A stretch of DNA of 64,000 bases, from NCBI GenBank assembly GCA_964447495.1, contig CAYUTF010000005.1, positions 9,509 through 73,508 on the forward strand, in the 5' to 3' direction. This document shows, piece after piece, positions 20,519-30,649 of this stretch (its first letter is position 1; each line of letters opens with the position of its first letter). Source of the stretch: an uncultured archaeon. Its GTDB lineage: Archaea > Asgardarchaeota > Lokiarchaeia > Sigyniarchaeales > SOKP01. The position numbers and the translations under genes are program-made. The notes under the pieces were generated by a model, which had not been told where the DNA came from, made no database searches, and worked only from the letters and a program-made list of their open reading frames with translations.

Positions 20519-20732
20519 TGGAACTTTTATGAAACTATTAGAGCTATAATCATATATGTAAGGTTATAACACATTCTAAGTAATCATTACTTCCTTTTTT
20601 TTTAATCTAAATTTAGTTGTAAATAAAATCACAGTTCACTATTTTTCTCCATATTACTACATTTTTACTTAAAAATCTCATCACCTACTGAAACTTTCAT
20701 GAAATTATTGAAACTCTAATCATATAAGTAAG
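20519..20732 (+). repeat. Two copies of a 44-bp imperfect direct repeat (20519-20562 and 20689-20732) carrying TGAAACT-like motifs and a TATA-like box
   Basis: TGGAACTTTTATGAAACTATTAGAGCTATAATCATATATGTAAG vs TGAAACTTTCATGAAATTATTGAAACTCTAATCATATAAGTAAG, 36/44 identical. Confidence 0.75.
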
Positions 20733-20800
20733 AAAACTTGAATTCTTACTAAAGCATCTTCATGATGATGCCTAAAAACAATCTATAATGAAAAAATGAG

Positions 20801-23800
20801 TTGAAAATGTATAAATATACAAAAAATAAAAAATTGAAATCGAAAAGAATTCTATTAATTATATCAGTACTATTCATTCTCCCCATAGTTATCAATTTTC
20901 TTGAAATGGATTTAGGATTTTACAATTATGTAGATGATAATATGGAGAATCTTGATAATGATTATCTTAGAAATTCTAATGTTTATAGTAGAGACTTTTC
21001 TGGAGATGGATGGGACATATTTATTTCTGGAGATTACGCATATATTGCTGATGGAAGCTTATACGGAGGATTGGTGGTGATTGATATCTCTGATCCTACT
21101 AACCCAGGTTCTCCGATATATGAGGCCACGGATGGAAATGCTTTTGGAATTTATGTAAGTGGGGACTATGCTTATATGGGTGTTGGAAGTGTTGGATTGG
21201 CTGTGATCGATATCTCTAACCCTACTAACCCAGGATCTCCGATATATAAACCTATGGATGATTTCGCTAATGGACTTTATGTGAGTGGGGATTATGCATA
21301 TGTCGCAGATGGAAGTGCTGGATTGGCAGTGATCGATATATCAAATCCCACTAATCCAGGACTGCCTGTACATGAACCTACGAGTGATTATGCCTATGAC
21401 GTTTATATACGTGGGGATTATGCTTATGTCGCAGATGGAAGTGCTGGATTGGCAGTGATCGACATATCAAATCCTACTAATCCGGGAACAGCAGTACTTG
21501 AAAATACTAGTGGATATTCGATGGCGGTTTACGTGGAAGGAGATTATGCTTATGTGGCGGATTCAGGGAGTGGATTAGCAATCATTGATATTTCAGATCC
21601 TACTAATCCAGGAACACCAGTTTATGCTAGTACGGATGGATCTGCCTATAGTGTTTATGTAGATGGGGATTATGCTTATGTGGCAGATAATCATAAAGGA
21701 TTAGCAGTCATTGATATTTCAGATCCAATAAATCCAAGTAAAATTGCTCAAGGATCTCTAGATAAAAATGTATATTCAATATGCATAGATGGAAATTATG
21801 CTTTCTTGGCTGGTAGTTATAAGTTTTACACGATCGAGATTTCAGAACTTATTACGCCTCTAGAACTATGGTGGAATCAAGATACATCAGGCAATTCGCA
21901 AGGAGTATTTGTAAGTGGAGATTATGCCTATGTTGCCGACGGAGCTAATGGATTAGCAATCTTTGATATTTCAGATCCTACTACTCTAGGATCATCTGCG
22001 TATAGCAATACTGCAGGAGATGCGGAAGATGTAGTGGTGAGTGGAGACTATGCATATGTTGCGGATGGTGGTGGTGGATTAGCGGTGATCGATGTTTCTG
22101 ATCCTACTACTCCCGGAACCTCTATTCGTAGGGATACAACAGGCGATTCAAGAGGTATATTTGTGAGTGGAGATTACGCCTATATTGCTGATGGAGGGAG
22201 TGGATTAGCAATTATCGATATTTCTAATCCAACCAGTCCAGGCGCTCCCGTTTACAAGGATGATGGTTATTTAACCAAATCTGTGTATATAGAAGGTGAT
22301 TATGCTTATCTTTCTGCTGGAAGTGGAATATTAACCATTGATATTTCTGATCCTACAACCCCGGGAGCATCAGTTTATTTATCTCTCGGAGGAGATGCTA
22401 GAGATATATATGTAAGGGGAGATTATGCCTATCTTGTAATTTACAGTGATATAGTTACAGTTGATATTTCGGATCCCACTAATCCCACGTTGTTAGATAA
22501 AGAGCAGATATATCATACTGTTCCTGAAGGTATATTTGTAAGCGGAGAATATGCGTATACCGCAGAAGATTATGGAAGTATGGGAGGGTATATAAAAATC
22601 TGGGATATTTCTGATCCTTCCCATATTTCAATGGAAGATTCACTATACATTGGAGATACATATGGAGGAGATGGAGCGTTTGAATCATTCGTGACTGGAA
22701 ACTATATTTATGTTGCAGACTCTGGTTCAGGATTACTTGTGTGTGAGGTTCGTGAAAGGGTTGACACAAAAGACCCCGTAATTACACAATCCCCTAGTGA
22801 TAAAATCATCGAAGCAGGTTATACAGGCGAAACATTGTCTTGGAGAGCAACAGATACCAATCCAAATACATATACTATTGAACTTGAAGGAGTTGGTACT
22901 GTTGCCGGTCCAACAGCTTGGTTAAGTGGATCCTTGGTAACTTATAATATCCCGGATGGATTATCGGTAGGAGAATATGATTACACTATTACTTTTACTG
23001 ATGATCATGGATTTTATGCTGCAGATACAGTAAAAGTAACTGTTCAAGATACGGAAAAACCTGTGTTTACAGAATTTCCATCAGATCTTAAAATTTTAGA
23101 AGGCTATACTGGAATTAGTTTTTCTTGGAATGCAACCGATGCCAATCCTGATACTTATATCATTGAACTGGGAGGAACAGGTATCGTTGCCGGTCCAACT
23201 TCTTGGTCAAGTGGGGTTGCCATTACATATAATGTTCCCGATGGATTATCATTAGGGTATTATTTCTATAGAATCAACATTACCGATGAATATGATCATT
23301 TTTCCACAGCTACAGTGAAATTAACGGTTTACGAACCAGATGATCCCATTATTACGGATAGTCCAATCGATCTTGTAGTTGGACCTGTTTATACAGGATT
23401 GAATTTTTCATGGACGGCTACGGAAGCCAATCCTGACACTTATACTATCGAACTCCAAGGAGCTGGAATTATTACTCTTCCAACATCTTGGTCAAGTGGA
23501 GTTGCCGTTACGTATGATATTCCTGACGGAATGAAAATAGGGGAACATTTCTTTACAATCAACTTTACGGATGAATTTGATAACTATGCCACAGACACTG
23601 TAAAGCTTACTATTCAAGACAATGCCCCTCAAATCACAAATGCTCCAGAGGATATGGTTATAATGACTGGTTATACTGATGTAGAAATTTCCTGGACAGC
23701 AACCGATGAAGAAGATCCAAACACATATACTATTGAACTTGCGGGTAGTGGAATTGTTGTTGGTCCAACATCGTGGTCAAGTGGAGTAGCGGTTACATAC

Positions 23801-24301
23801 GATATTCCTGATGGACTATCTTTAGGAGATCATTTCTATACGATCAACTTTACGGATGAAACAAGTAATTTTGTCACTGATCAGGTAAAAATTACAGTAC
23901 AAGAAGATAGCATTGATCCTGTAATTACTTTTGCTCCAGAAGATTATGGCTGTTTTACTGGATATACAGATGTGTGTTTCTTTTGGATTGCAACGGATGC
24001 TCATCCAGCTACATTTACTGTAGAACATCAAGATCATGGCATCGTAGCAGGACCAACTCCTTGGACGAGTGGAAATAATGTGAGTTATACCATTCCAGAA
24101 GGGCTATCAGTGGGAGAACACTTTTTTACCATTAATTTTACTGATGTTGCTGGAAATTTTGCCACGGATACAGTAAAAATCACAATTATTGAGGAAACAC
24201 CTGTAGAACCTCCTCCAGCAATTCCTTTCGGAAGTTCATTTTTGGTTTTCATGACAATTTCCATTATTGGAGTAGTAGTGTTCCAGAAAAGGAAAAAATA
24301 A
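20801..24301 (+). CDS. Cell-surface protein: 14 LVIVD repeats, 5 Ig-like repeats, C-terminal membrane anchor (Loki-CTERM-like)
   Basis: N-terminal signal/TM; repeated GDYAYVADG..GLAVIDISDPTNP; five (D/K/A)PxxTxxPxD...W.AT(D/E)..P.T(Y/F) repeats; PPAIPFG-TM-KRKK tail. Confidence 0.9.
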   Translation: MKMYKYTKNKKLKSKRILLIISVLFILPIVINFLEMDLGFYNYVDDNMENLDNDYLRNSNVYSRDFSGDGWDIFISGDYAYIADGSLYGGLVVIDISDPTNPGSPIYEATDGNAFGIYVSGDYAYMGVGSVGLAVIDISNPTNPGSPIYKPMDDFANGLYVSGDYAYVADGSAGLAVIDISNPTNPGLPVHEPTSDYAYDVYIRGDYAYVADGSAGLAVIDISNPTNPGTAVLENTSGYSMAVYVEGDYAYVADSGSGLAIIDISDPTNPGTPVYASTDGSAYSVYVDGDYAYVADNHKGLAVIDISDPINPSKIAQGSLDKNVYSICIDGNYAFLAGSYKFYTIEISELITPLELWWNQDTSGNSQGVFVSGDYAYVADGANGLAIFDISDPTTLGSSAYSNTAGDAEDVVVSGDYAYVADGGGGLAVIDVSDPTTPGTSIRRDTTGDSRGIFVSGDYAYIADGGSGLAIIDISNPTSPGAPVYKDDGYLTKSVYIEGDYAYLSAGSGILTIDISDPTTPGASVYLSLGGDARDIYVRGDYAYLVIYSDIVTVDISDPTNPTLLDKEQIYHTVPEGIFVSGEYAYTAEDYGSMGGYIKIWDISDPSHISMEDSLYIGDTYGGDGAFESFVTGNYIYVADSGSGLLVCEVRERVDTKDPVITQSPSDKIIEAGYTGETLSWRATDTNPNTYTIELEGVGTVAGPTAWLSGSLVTYNIPDGLSVGEYDYTITFTDDHGFYAADTVKVTVQDTEKPVFTEFPSDLKILEGYTGISFSWNATDANPDTYIIELGGTGIVAGPTSWSSGVAITYNVPDGLSLGYYFYRINITDEYDHFSTATVKLTVYEPDDPIITDSPIDLVVGPVYTGLNFSWTATEANPDTYTIELQGAGIITLPTSWSSGVAVTYDIPDGMKIGEHFFTINFTDEFDNYATDTVKLTIQDNAPQITNAPEDMVIMTGYTDVEISWTATDEEDPNTYTIELAGSGIVVGPTSWSSGVAVTYDIPDGLSLGDHFYTINFTDETSNFVTDQVKITVQEDSIDPVITFAPEDYGCFTGYTDVCFFWIATDAHPATFTVEHQDHGIVAGPTPWTSGNNVSYTIPEGLSVGEHFFTINFTDVAGNFATDTVKITIIEETPVEPPPAIPFGSSFLVFMTISIIGVVVFQKRKK

Positions 24302-24302
24302 C

Positions 24303-24345
24303 CATTATTTTTTTTATTTTATTCTTCTTTTTTTTTTTTGTTTTT
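24303..24345 (+). terminator. Poly-T tract, archaeal-type terminator
   Basis: Long T runs immediately after the stop codon. Confidence 0.5.
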
Positions 24346-24538
24346 ACAAAACATAATTTATAAATATTCAAAAAATTAATTTTGAAGAAAAGATTCCTAC
24401 ATTTTGTTTGTGAAATGATTCAAATAAAGAAGAAATTTATCCATGAGATTTAATGAGGGGATATAGATCATTCTGAATGAACTTGATGAAGTAAAAAAAT
24501 TAATAGAAGAGGAGAAATTCCAAAAGGCTAACGATTTA

Positions 24539-26407
24539 TTGGATAAATTGGAGGAAAAAACTGATCTCAAAAAATCAGAATTAGGCTCCTTATTTTTCTA
24601 TAAAGCTGTAGCATTAGTAAGGAGGGGAAATTATCCAGAGACATTGAAATATGCTAAAAAAGCATATCATGTTGTTCCTAAAGAAGCGTTAAGTCCTCGA
24701 ATGGTTGAAATTTTAGCGATGATGGGTCTTGCTTCTTGTTGGATAGGAAATTTTGAAATAGGATATCAATATCTAGATGAAGCTGAGCAGAAATTAAATA
24801 ACCTAATTGATATTTCAGAAAAAAGACGGATTCTTCTGGAAACAATGATATATGCTGATAGGAATTGTGGTTATATGCAACAAGGAAAAAGCGATCTATT
24901 CTATGAATCCGCAATGAAGCTTTCAAGTCTAAGTGAACAGATTAACGACAAATATGTATTGGCTCAAATCTATTATCAATTAGGATCGCTTTATACCTTT
25001 ATTAGAATTGATATAAAGTTAGCTATAAAATATTCTTTCAAATGTCAACCTCTCGCAGAAGAGTTGGGAAATAATACTTTTATTGCTCTCAATTTAGTAA
25101 CTATTGGTGCGATTTATGTTATAACAGGTGATTTAGAAAAAGCGTTATTTTATCACAAGGAAGCATTGAAAAAAGCTGATATTATCATGATCAAAATGTC
25201 TATTTTTAATAATATTTCAATGATATATAGTCAAAAAGGAGATTTAGATAAAGCTTTAGAATCGCTTGAAAAAGCTTTTGAATTAGCCAATAAAGTTAAA
25301 GCCCCATATATTTTGAGCACCACATTGGCAAGTATGATCGAAGTATTAGTTTTAACAGGCAAAAACGAAAGAGCAAGAGAGCATTTAATTACATTGAAAG
25401 AGATTGCTAAAAATGAGAAAAGTCAATTTACGGAATTACTTGCCCATTACTGTGAAGGATTTATCTTAAAAACAAAGAGTCGAATTCAAGATCGTGCTAA
25501 AGCACAAAATATCTTCGAAGAAATAGTACAGCAAAACGTGATTTCTGGAGAATTGACAATGAAAGCTCTTATAAATCTGTGTGATTTATTAGTAGAGGAA
25601 TTTCGCTTTACTTCTGAATTGGAAATATTAGATGATCTGAGTATATTACTTGAAAAATTAATAACTATTGCAAAAAGTCTAAATTCTTTTTGGATTTTAA
25701 CTGAAACTTATCTATTACAAGCAAAATTTGCTTTATTAAAAGGAGATTTGAAGAGTGCTAGGAAAAAATTAACTGAGGCTCAAGATCTCGCCGAGAAAAA
25801 TAATCTTAAATTATTAGTTGGTAAAATATCATATGAGCATGATAAAATATTACGAAATTTGAAGATGTGGGAATCACTTATAGAAAAAGATGTTCCTTTA
25901 AATGAGCGAATCGAGTTAGCTGAATTAACCGTACATATTGAAAATATGCTTCTTAATCGGAAGGTTTCTCTTGAAATTTCTGAAGAAGACCCCGTAATAA
26001 TCTTAATCATTACAGAAGGAGGCACACCCATATTTTCACATTCATTTATTAAAGAAAAAACATTTGAAACCCAAATTATTGGTGGATTTCTAACAACAAT
26101 AGATTACTTTATTAAAGAGACTTTTTCTCAAGGATTAGATCGAGCAGTTTTCGGAAATTATACACTCTTAATGAAATACATTCAACCTTTTTACATAACC
26201 TATATCTTTAGTGGTAATTCTTATTATGCCCTTCAAAGAATTAATTATTTTACTGAAAATTTGAAAAATAAAGATATAATATGGGAAAAATTAATAGTTA
26301 ATTGTGAAAAGGGTAAAACTATTCGCCTTAATGATATTCCTTTACTGGAAACATTGATAAGTAATACTTTTATATACAAAAATGTAGAATTAAATCAACT
26401 AATATAA
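24539..26407 (+). CDS. TPR-repeat protein with C-terminal longin/roadblock-like domain
   Basis: TPR motifs (IGAIYVITGDLEKALFYHKEAL; NNISMIYSQKGDLDKALESLEKA); C-terminal ILIITEGGTPIFSHSF...IIGGFLTTIDYFIKETF; true start may be about 24 codons upstream. Confidence 0.8.
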   Translation: MDKLEEKTDLKKSELGSLFFYKAVALVRRGNYPETLKYAKKAYHVVPKEALSPRMVEILAMMGLASCWIGNFEIGYQYLDEAEQKLNNLIDISEKRRILLETMIYADRNCGYMQQGKSDLFYESAMKLSSLSEQINDKYVLAQIYYQLGSLYTFIRIDIKLAIKYSFKCQPLAEELGNNTFIALNLVTIGAIYVITGDLEKALFYHKEALKKADIIMIKMSIFNNISMIYSQKGDLDKALESLEKAFELANKVKAPYILSTTLASMIEVLVLTGKNERAREHLITLKEIAKNEKSQFTELLAHYCEGFILKTKSRIQDRAKAQNIFEEIVQQNVISGELTMKALINLCDLLVEEFRFTSELEILDDLSILLEKLITIAKSLNSFWILTETYLLQAKFALLKGDLKSARKKLTEAQDLAEKNNLKLLVGKISYEHDKILRNLKMWESLIEKDVPLNERIELAELTVHIENMLLNRKVSLEISEEDPVIILIITEGGTPIFSHSFIKEKTFETQIIGGFLTTIDYFIKETFSQGLDRAVFGNYTLLMKYIQPFYITYIFSGNSYYALQRINYFTENLKNKDIIWEKLIVNCEKGKTIRLNDIPLLETLISNTFIYKNVELNQLI

Positions 26408-26510
26408 ATTCTATTACTTTTATTCTTTTTATAGCATTAAATGTTTAAATTAATAGAGATATAATTCTAAATTATTGAGAGTTAATCTCTTTTGACTAAT
26501 ACTAAGAATT

Positions 26511-27047
26511 ATGAGTAAAGGAGAATATCAATTCAAAATTTCAGTAGTAGGAGATGGAGCGGTAGGCAAAACTTCTCTTATTAAAATGTTTACAAAAGGA
26601 ATATTTGAAAAAGATTATATCAAAACTATTGGCGCGCAATTTTCACGATTTGAAAAAGTAATAGAGAATGATAGCGTAAATCTAGTCTTCTGGGATATCG
26701 CTGGTCAAGAAGATTTTGATTTTCTTCAGCCACTATTTTATAAAGAGAGTAAAGCTTCTATTGTAGTCTATAGTCTTGAAGATAATGATTTAGGTAGAGA
26801 GAGTTTTAATCATATAAAGAACTGGGTTCAAAATCTAAGAAAATATTGCGGAGAAATCCCCCTGATTTTATTTGCTAATAAGGTAGATTTAATAGAGGAA
26901 AATGAATTAAATTTACTGGATATAAAGAACATAGCTGAAAAACATAATTTTTTTAGCTTTTCCTTGACTTCTGCGAAAACAGGCCAGGGAGTTAATGAAG
27001 CATTTAATCTAATCATCCATGAATTATATAATAAGTATAGAGAGTAA
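26511..27047 (+). CDS. Rab-like small GTPase
   Basis: GDGAVGKT, YIKTIG, WDIAGQE, NKVD, TSAKTG; no C-terminal prenylation Cys. Confidence 0.93.
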   Translation: MSKGEYQFKISVVGDGAVGKTSLIKMFTKGIFEKDYIKTIGAQFSRFEKVIENDSVNLVFWDIAGQEDFDFLQPLFYKESKASIVVYSLEDNDLGRESFNHIKNWVQNLRKYCGEIPLILFANKVDLIEENELNLLDIKNIAEKHNFFSFSLTSAKTGQGVNEAFNLIIHELYNKYRE

Positions 27048-27278
27048 TTAAAAATCTGAGAACTTAAAATGGTTTGTGTTATTTTTGTAAATTATTATTT
27101 CTGTATCGAAGATTGTGGCATATATCCTTAATATCAAAGGTTAAAGATGCTAAAATCATTATATTTAAACGTATTTTTTGTAAGTTAAGGAAAGATTTTT
27201 ATGGTGAGATGATCTAAAATCTTAATAATTATAAATATTTAAATACATTTTTCCGTTATTAGCCTCTTCTTTCTTACA

Positions 27279-28874
27279 ATGACGAATCCTAACTTCCCTC
27301 CCGAAGAGATATTCGAAAACAGAGCTGAATTTGGTTTATACAATTCAATAAGGATGCTAACCAAGATTATTGAGTCATCAGATGATAGTAATAAAAGAAA
27401 AAGTGCGATAAAGTATTTAGGATTAGTAAGTAAAGAAGCACCAGCATATAAAGAAGAGTGTTTTGATAGTATAGAAAACATTTTAATCTCGGAAGAGAAT
27501 ATTGAAATTAAATGCGAAGCGGCTAAGGCTTTAGGAAAATTAAAACTGAAAAAGGCTTTAAAACCTTTACTATGGATTTTTGATAAATCCGTAGATAACA
27601 ACGATTTAAGGCTTTCAATATTAAAAGCGATCTATAAAATTACATTTGAAGATGCTGAAATTGAACTCTTCATAAAAGAATTAGATTCTTCTCATATTGA
27701 AATTAAGGAATATGTGAAAAATCAGTTACTTATCCTCAATCCTGAAGTATTGGTAAAAAAATTAATTAATTCTTTACCTAATAAAAATCTTTCAAATAAA
27801 AATAAAGCGGAGATAATAAAGTTAATTGCTTTTGAAATTTCGAGTATAAATTCATCCTTTGAGGGTTCAAGTTTCATAGAAGTAAAGTATCCCGAAATTC
27901 TCTCAGAATTAATAAACCAAAAAGAAGTATTGCTGACAGAAATAACTCAAATATTGAAGACAGATGATAAAAGTCTACTTGAATCATCAATTTCGATTCT
28001 TAGTATACTTAAGGATAATATTAAAGAAGATATTATTAAGTTACTCCTTACAGATAATTTCATCATAAAAAAAAATGCAATTACAATTTGTGGTAAACTT
28101 CAATTAATTGAGGCTGCAGACTTAATAGTTCAAAACTTGGATAATCTCTATAATGAGGTAAGCATAGCTTCAATCGAGGCATTAGGAGAGATTGGTGATC
28201 TTACAACTGTACCTGATTTACTTGATATTCTAAATGTTGAAGATATCAGTTTTGAATATTCTGATATTGATATGAAATTCCAAATTATGGATGCTGTAAA
28301 AAAAATTTATTTAAAGCATGATCAAATATCCTATAAGGACTTATATCAATCTTTAGAAAAGGAAAATGACACTATCAGGGCGAGCATCGCATTTATTTTA
28401 GGAGAGATAGGAAGAGAAGAATTTATACAACCATTAATACGACTATTGAAGATTAAAAACGTAGATGTTAGAAAAAATATAATAATAGCTCTAGGAAAAA
28501 TAGGACATATCGATGCTTTAGATAATTTAATTGATATTATTAATGATGATAGTGCATATTGGCTTATTAAAAAAGTAACTACTGATGCTATATATAATAT
28601 CTTTCAACAAAATTCGTATAAGATTGATAAAAATACTAAACAATTGAAATCGGAATTAAATAAAAAAATAGCTATTATTATTGAGCATTTAAGAGAATCA
28701 GAGAAGGAAAATTACAAAGTTAAATTAGGTTTAATAAAATTCTTAGAAACTTTCGGAGATACAAAAGCTTTAGATGCTTTATTGAGAAGAGTTAATGATT
28801 TTCATAGAGTAGTTAGAATTTATGCTTCTAATGCGATTAAAAAAATCGAGGAAAGATTGGAATTAGGCAATTAA
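27279..28874 (+). CDS. HEAT-repeat protein
   Basis: Repeated AAKALGKL, EALGEIG, IAFILGEIG, IIALGKIG motifs. Confidence 0.88.
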   Translation: MTNPNFPPEEIFENRAEFGLYNSIRMLTKIIESSDDSNKRKSAIKYLGLVSKEAPAYKEECFDSIENILISEENIEIKCEAAKALGKLKLKKALKPLLWIFDKSVDNNDLRLSILKAIYKITFEDAEIELFIKELDSSHIEIKEYVKNQLLILNPEVLVKKLINSLPNKNLSNKNKAEIIKLIAFEISSINSSFEGSSFIEVKYPEILSELINQKEVLLTEITQILKTDDKSLLESSISILSILKDNIKEDIIKLLLTDNFIIKKNAITICGKLQLIEAADLIVQNLDNLYNEVSIASIEALGEIGDLTTVPDLLDILNVEDISFEYSDIDMKFQIMDAVKKIYLKHDQISYKDLYQSLEKENDTIRASIAFILGEIGREEFIQPLIRLLKIKNVDVRKNIIIALGKIGHIDALDNLIDIINDDSAYWLIKKVTTDAIYNIFQQNSYKIDKNTKQLKSELNKKIAIIIEHLRESEKENYKVKLGLIKFLETFGDTKALDALLRRVNDFHRVVRIYASNAIKKIEERLELGN

Positions 28875-29041
28875 GTTTCAATTTCATAATTGTTCTTTCA
28901 CTAGTTATTTAAAGTAAATGAAATGGTTTAAAAAACTAAATAAGCATTTAATAAATTTTTTTATTTGCTAGCAATTACATTACCATAAGATTTTGATCAC
29001 AAATGTAGTTTCAATTTTGAATAGTATATGAGAAAATAGAA

Positions 29042-30538
29042 ATGACTGAAAACCAACCAAAAGAAAAGCAAGAATCCTCTCAATATGAATATTCATTTAA
29101 TTATATTCAGAAGAAGTTAGAAGGGAAGAAAGATAGTCTCGGTATGCTCATGAAGGAGATCATCCGAACGGGGATATGTACTGAATGTGGCACATGTGCT
29201 GCGGTCTGTCCTGTCTTAGAATGGGATCATGAGCTAGGAGAACCTAAACTGGTAGGAAAGTGTACGGGATGTGGAATATGTTATAATCAATGTCCACGAA
29301 CTATAACAGATCCGATACAACTCATGGGAGACTTCAAAACAGGTTATGTATCGAACACAAATATTCCCGAAGTCATTGGAGGTCAAGATGGGGGCACTGT
29401 GACTTCATTGTTATGCTATTTATTCGATGAACATTTAATAGATGCAGCAATCGTTACAATGAAAGATCCTGAAAATCCATGGAACCCAGTTGCACAGATC
29501 ATAACAACAAAAGAAGATGCTATTAAATCATCAGGTTCGATTTATTCACATTCCCAAACTGTTGAGGCTCTTATGGATGCGATTAGACAGGATTACAGGT
29601 CGATTGCTTTTGTAGGAACTCCCTGTAATATTGATGCCGTTGATAAAATGATGAGTTCTCCTGCAGGAATGCTAAAATACTTCATGAGAGCACATGTATT
29701 AAAGTTAGGGCTTTTTTGCATGGATTCATTTGCACCTGAAGCATTATATTCATTTTTTGATAAAGAAGGAGTTGATCTTAAGCAAGTAAAAAAAATGGAT
29801 ATTAATAAAGGTAAATTTCATTTATACTACGATCCGGATAAAGAACCTGTTAAATCATATACCATTAAACAATTAGATAAATTTAAGTCATCGAGTTGTA
29901 ATTTTTGCACCGATTTAACCGCTGAAAATTCGGATATCTCTGTTGGATCAGTAGGAAGCGGGCCAAATAAGAATACAGTATTTGCTAGAACCGGGATTGG
30001 GGCTGAAATTATTGAGGATGCCGCGAAAAAAGGATACCTAAAAATTGAACCTTTTAATGCTATAAACCTTAATGCTGTATTATTTTTAGCCAAGCTTAAA
30101 AAAGTTTCTCAATATAATATACAGAAACGTAAAGTATTCATCGTTAAAGATACTATTGAAGAAGAACCACGTATTAAAACAAAACCAGAGGCTGAGAAGT
30201 CGAAAACAACGCCAGAATTAGGAGCAAGGAAATTTTTACGAGTTACAAAGGATATTAACGAGGAAGAGAATGTTTTAAATATATCTATAACGAATTCTGT
30301 TGGCTATGTTTTAGAGAAATTAAAAATAAGAATAGTAACCGTAGAAGATTTATTTGAAAGTCGACCATGGATCACGACAATAAAAGAATTATTTCCATAC
30401 GAAACCATTGAAATTGGATACCCTTTAGAAGAAAAAGAAGGGAAGATTATTTATGGGAATGTTTTAGTTGAAGCCTCCACAGATGATTTTGGAAAAATAT
30501 TCTCAAAAACTTTTAAATTAGTACCTAAAGAAGTATAA
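29042..30538 (+). CDS. FrhB/FdhB-family protein with a C-terminal hinge and an extra beta-rich domain
   Basis: CTECGTCAAVCP, CTGCGICYNQCP, GQDGGTVT, VGTPC, GLFCMDSF, CNFCTDLT, SVGSVG; about 130-aa C-terminal extension. Confidence 0.88.
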   Translation: MTENQPKEKQESSQYEYSFNYIQKKLEGKKDSLGMLMKEIIRTGICTECGTCAAVCPVLEWDHELGEPKLVGKCTGCGICYNQCPRTITDPIQLMGDFKTGYVSNTNIPEVIGGQDGGTVTSLLCYLFDEHLIDAAIVTMKDPENPWNPVAQIITTKEDAIKSSGSIYSHSQTVEALMDAIRQDYRSIAFVGTPCNIDAVDKMMSSPAGMLKYFMRAHVLKLGLFCMDSFAPEALYSFFDKEGVDLKQVKKMDINKGKFHLYYDPDKEPVKSYTIKQLDKFKSSSCNFCTDLTAENSDISVGSVGSGPNKNTVFARTGIGAEIIEDAAKKGYLKIEPFNAINLNAVLFLAKLKKVSQYNIQKRKVFIVKDTIEEEPRIKTKPEAEKSKTTPELGARKFLRVTKDINEEENVLNISITNSVGYVLEKLKIRIVTVEDLFESRPWITTIKELFPYETIEIGYPLEEKEGKIIYGNVLVEASTDDFGKIFSKTFKLVPKEV

Positions 30539-30649
30539 ATCTCAAAAATTTTTAATAAAGTTAAATGAAATAAAATATTATAAAATTATAATAATAGAAT
30601 GAGAAATTAAAAAAAGAGACATTTTAATCATGAAAGAAATAAATAAGAG

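Noticed and set aside
20990-22740. Regularly spaced DNA repeats resembling a CRISPR array
   Set aside because: About 126-bp coding LVIVD repeats with synonymous variation inside an ORF; no unique spacers or cas genes
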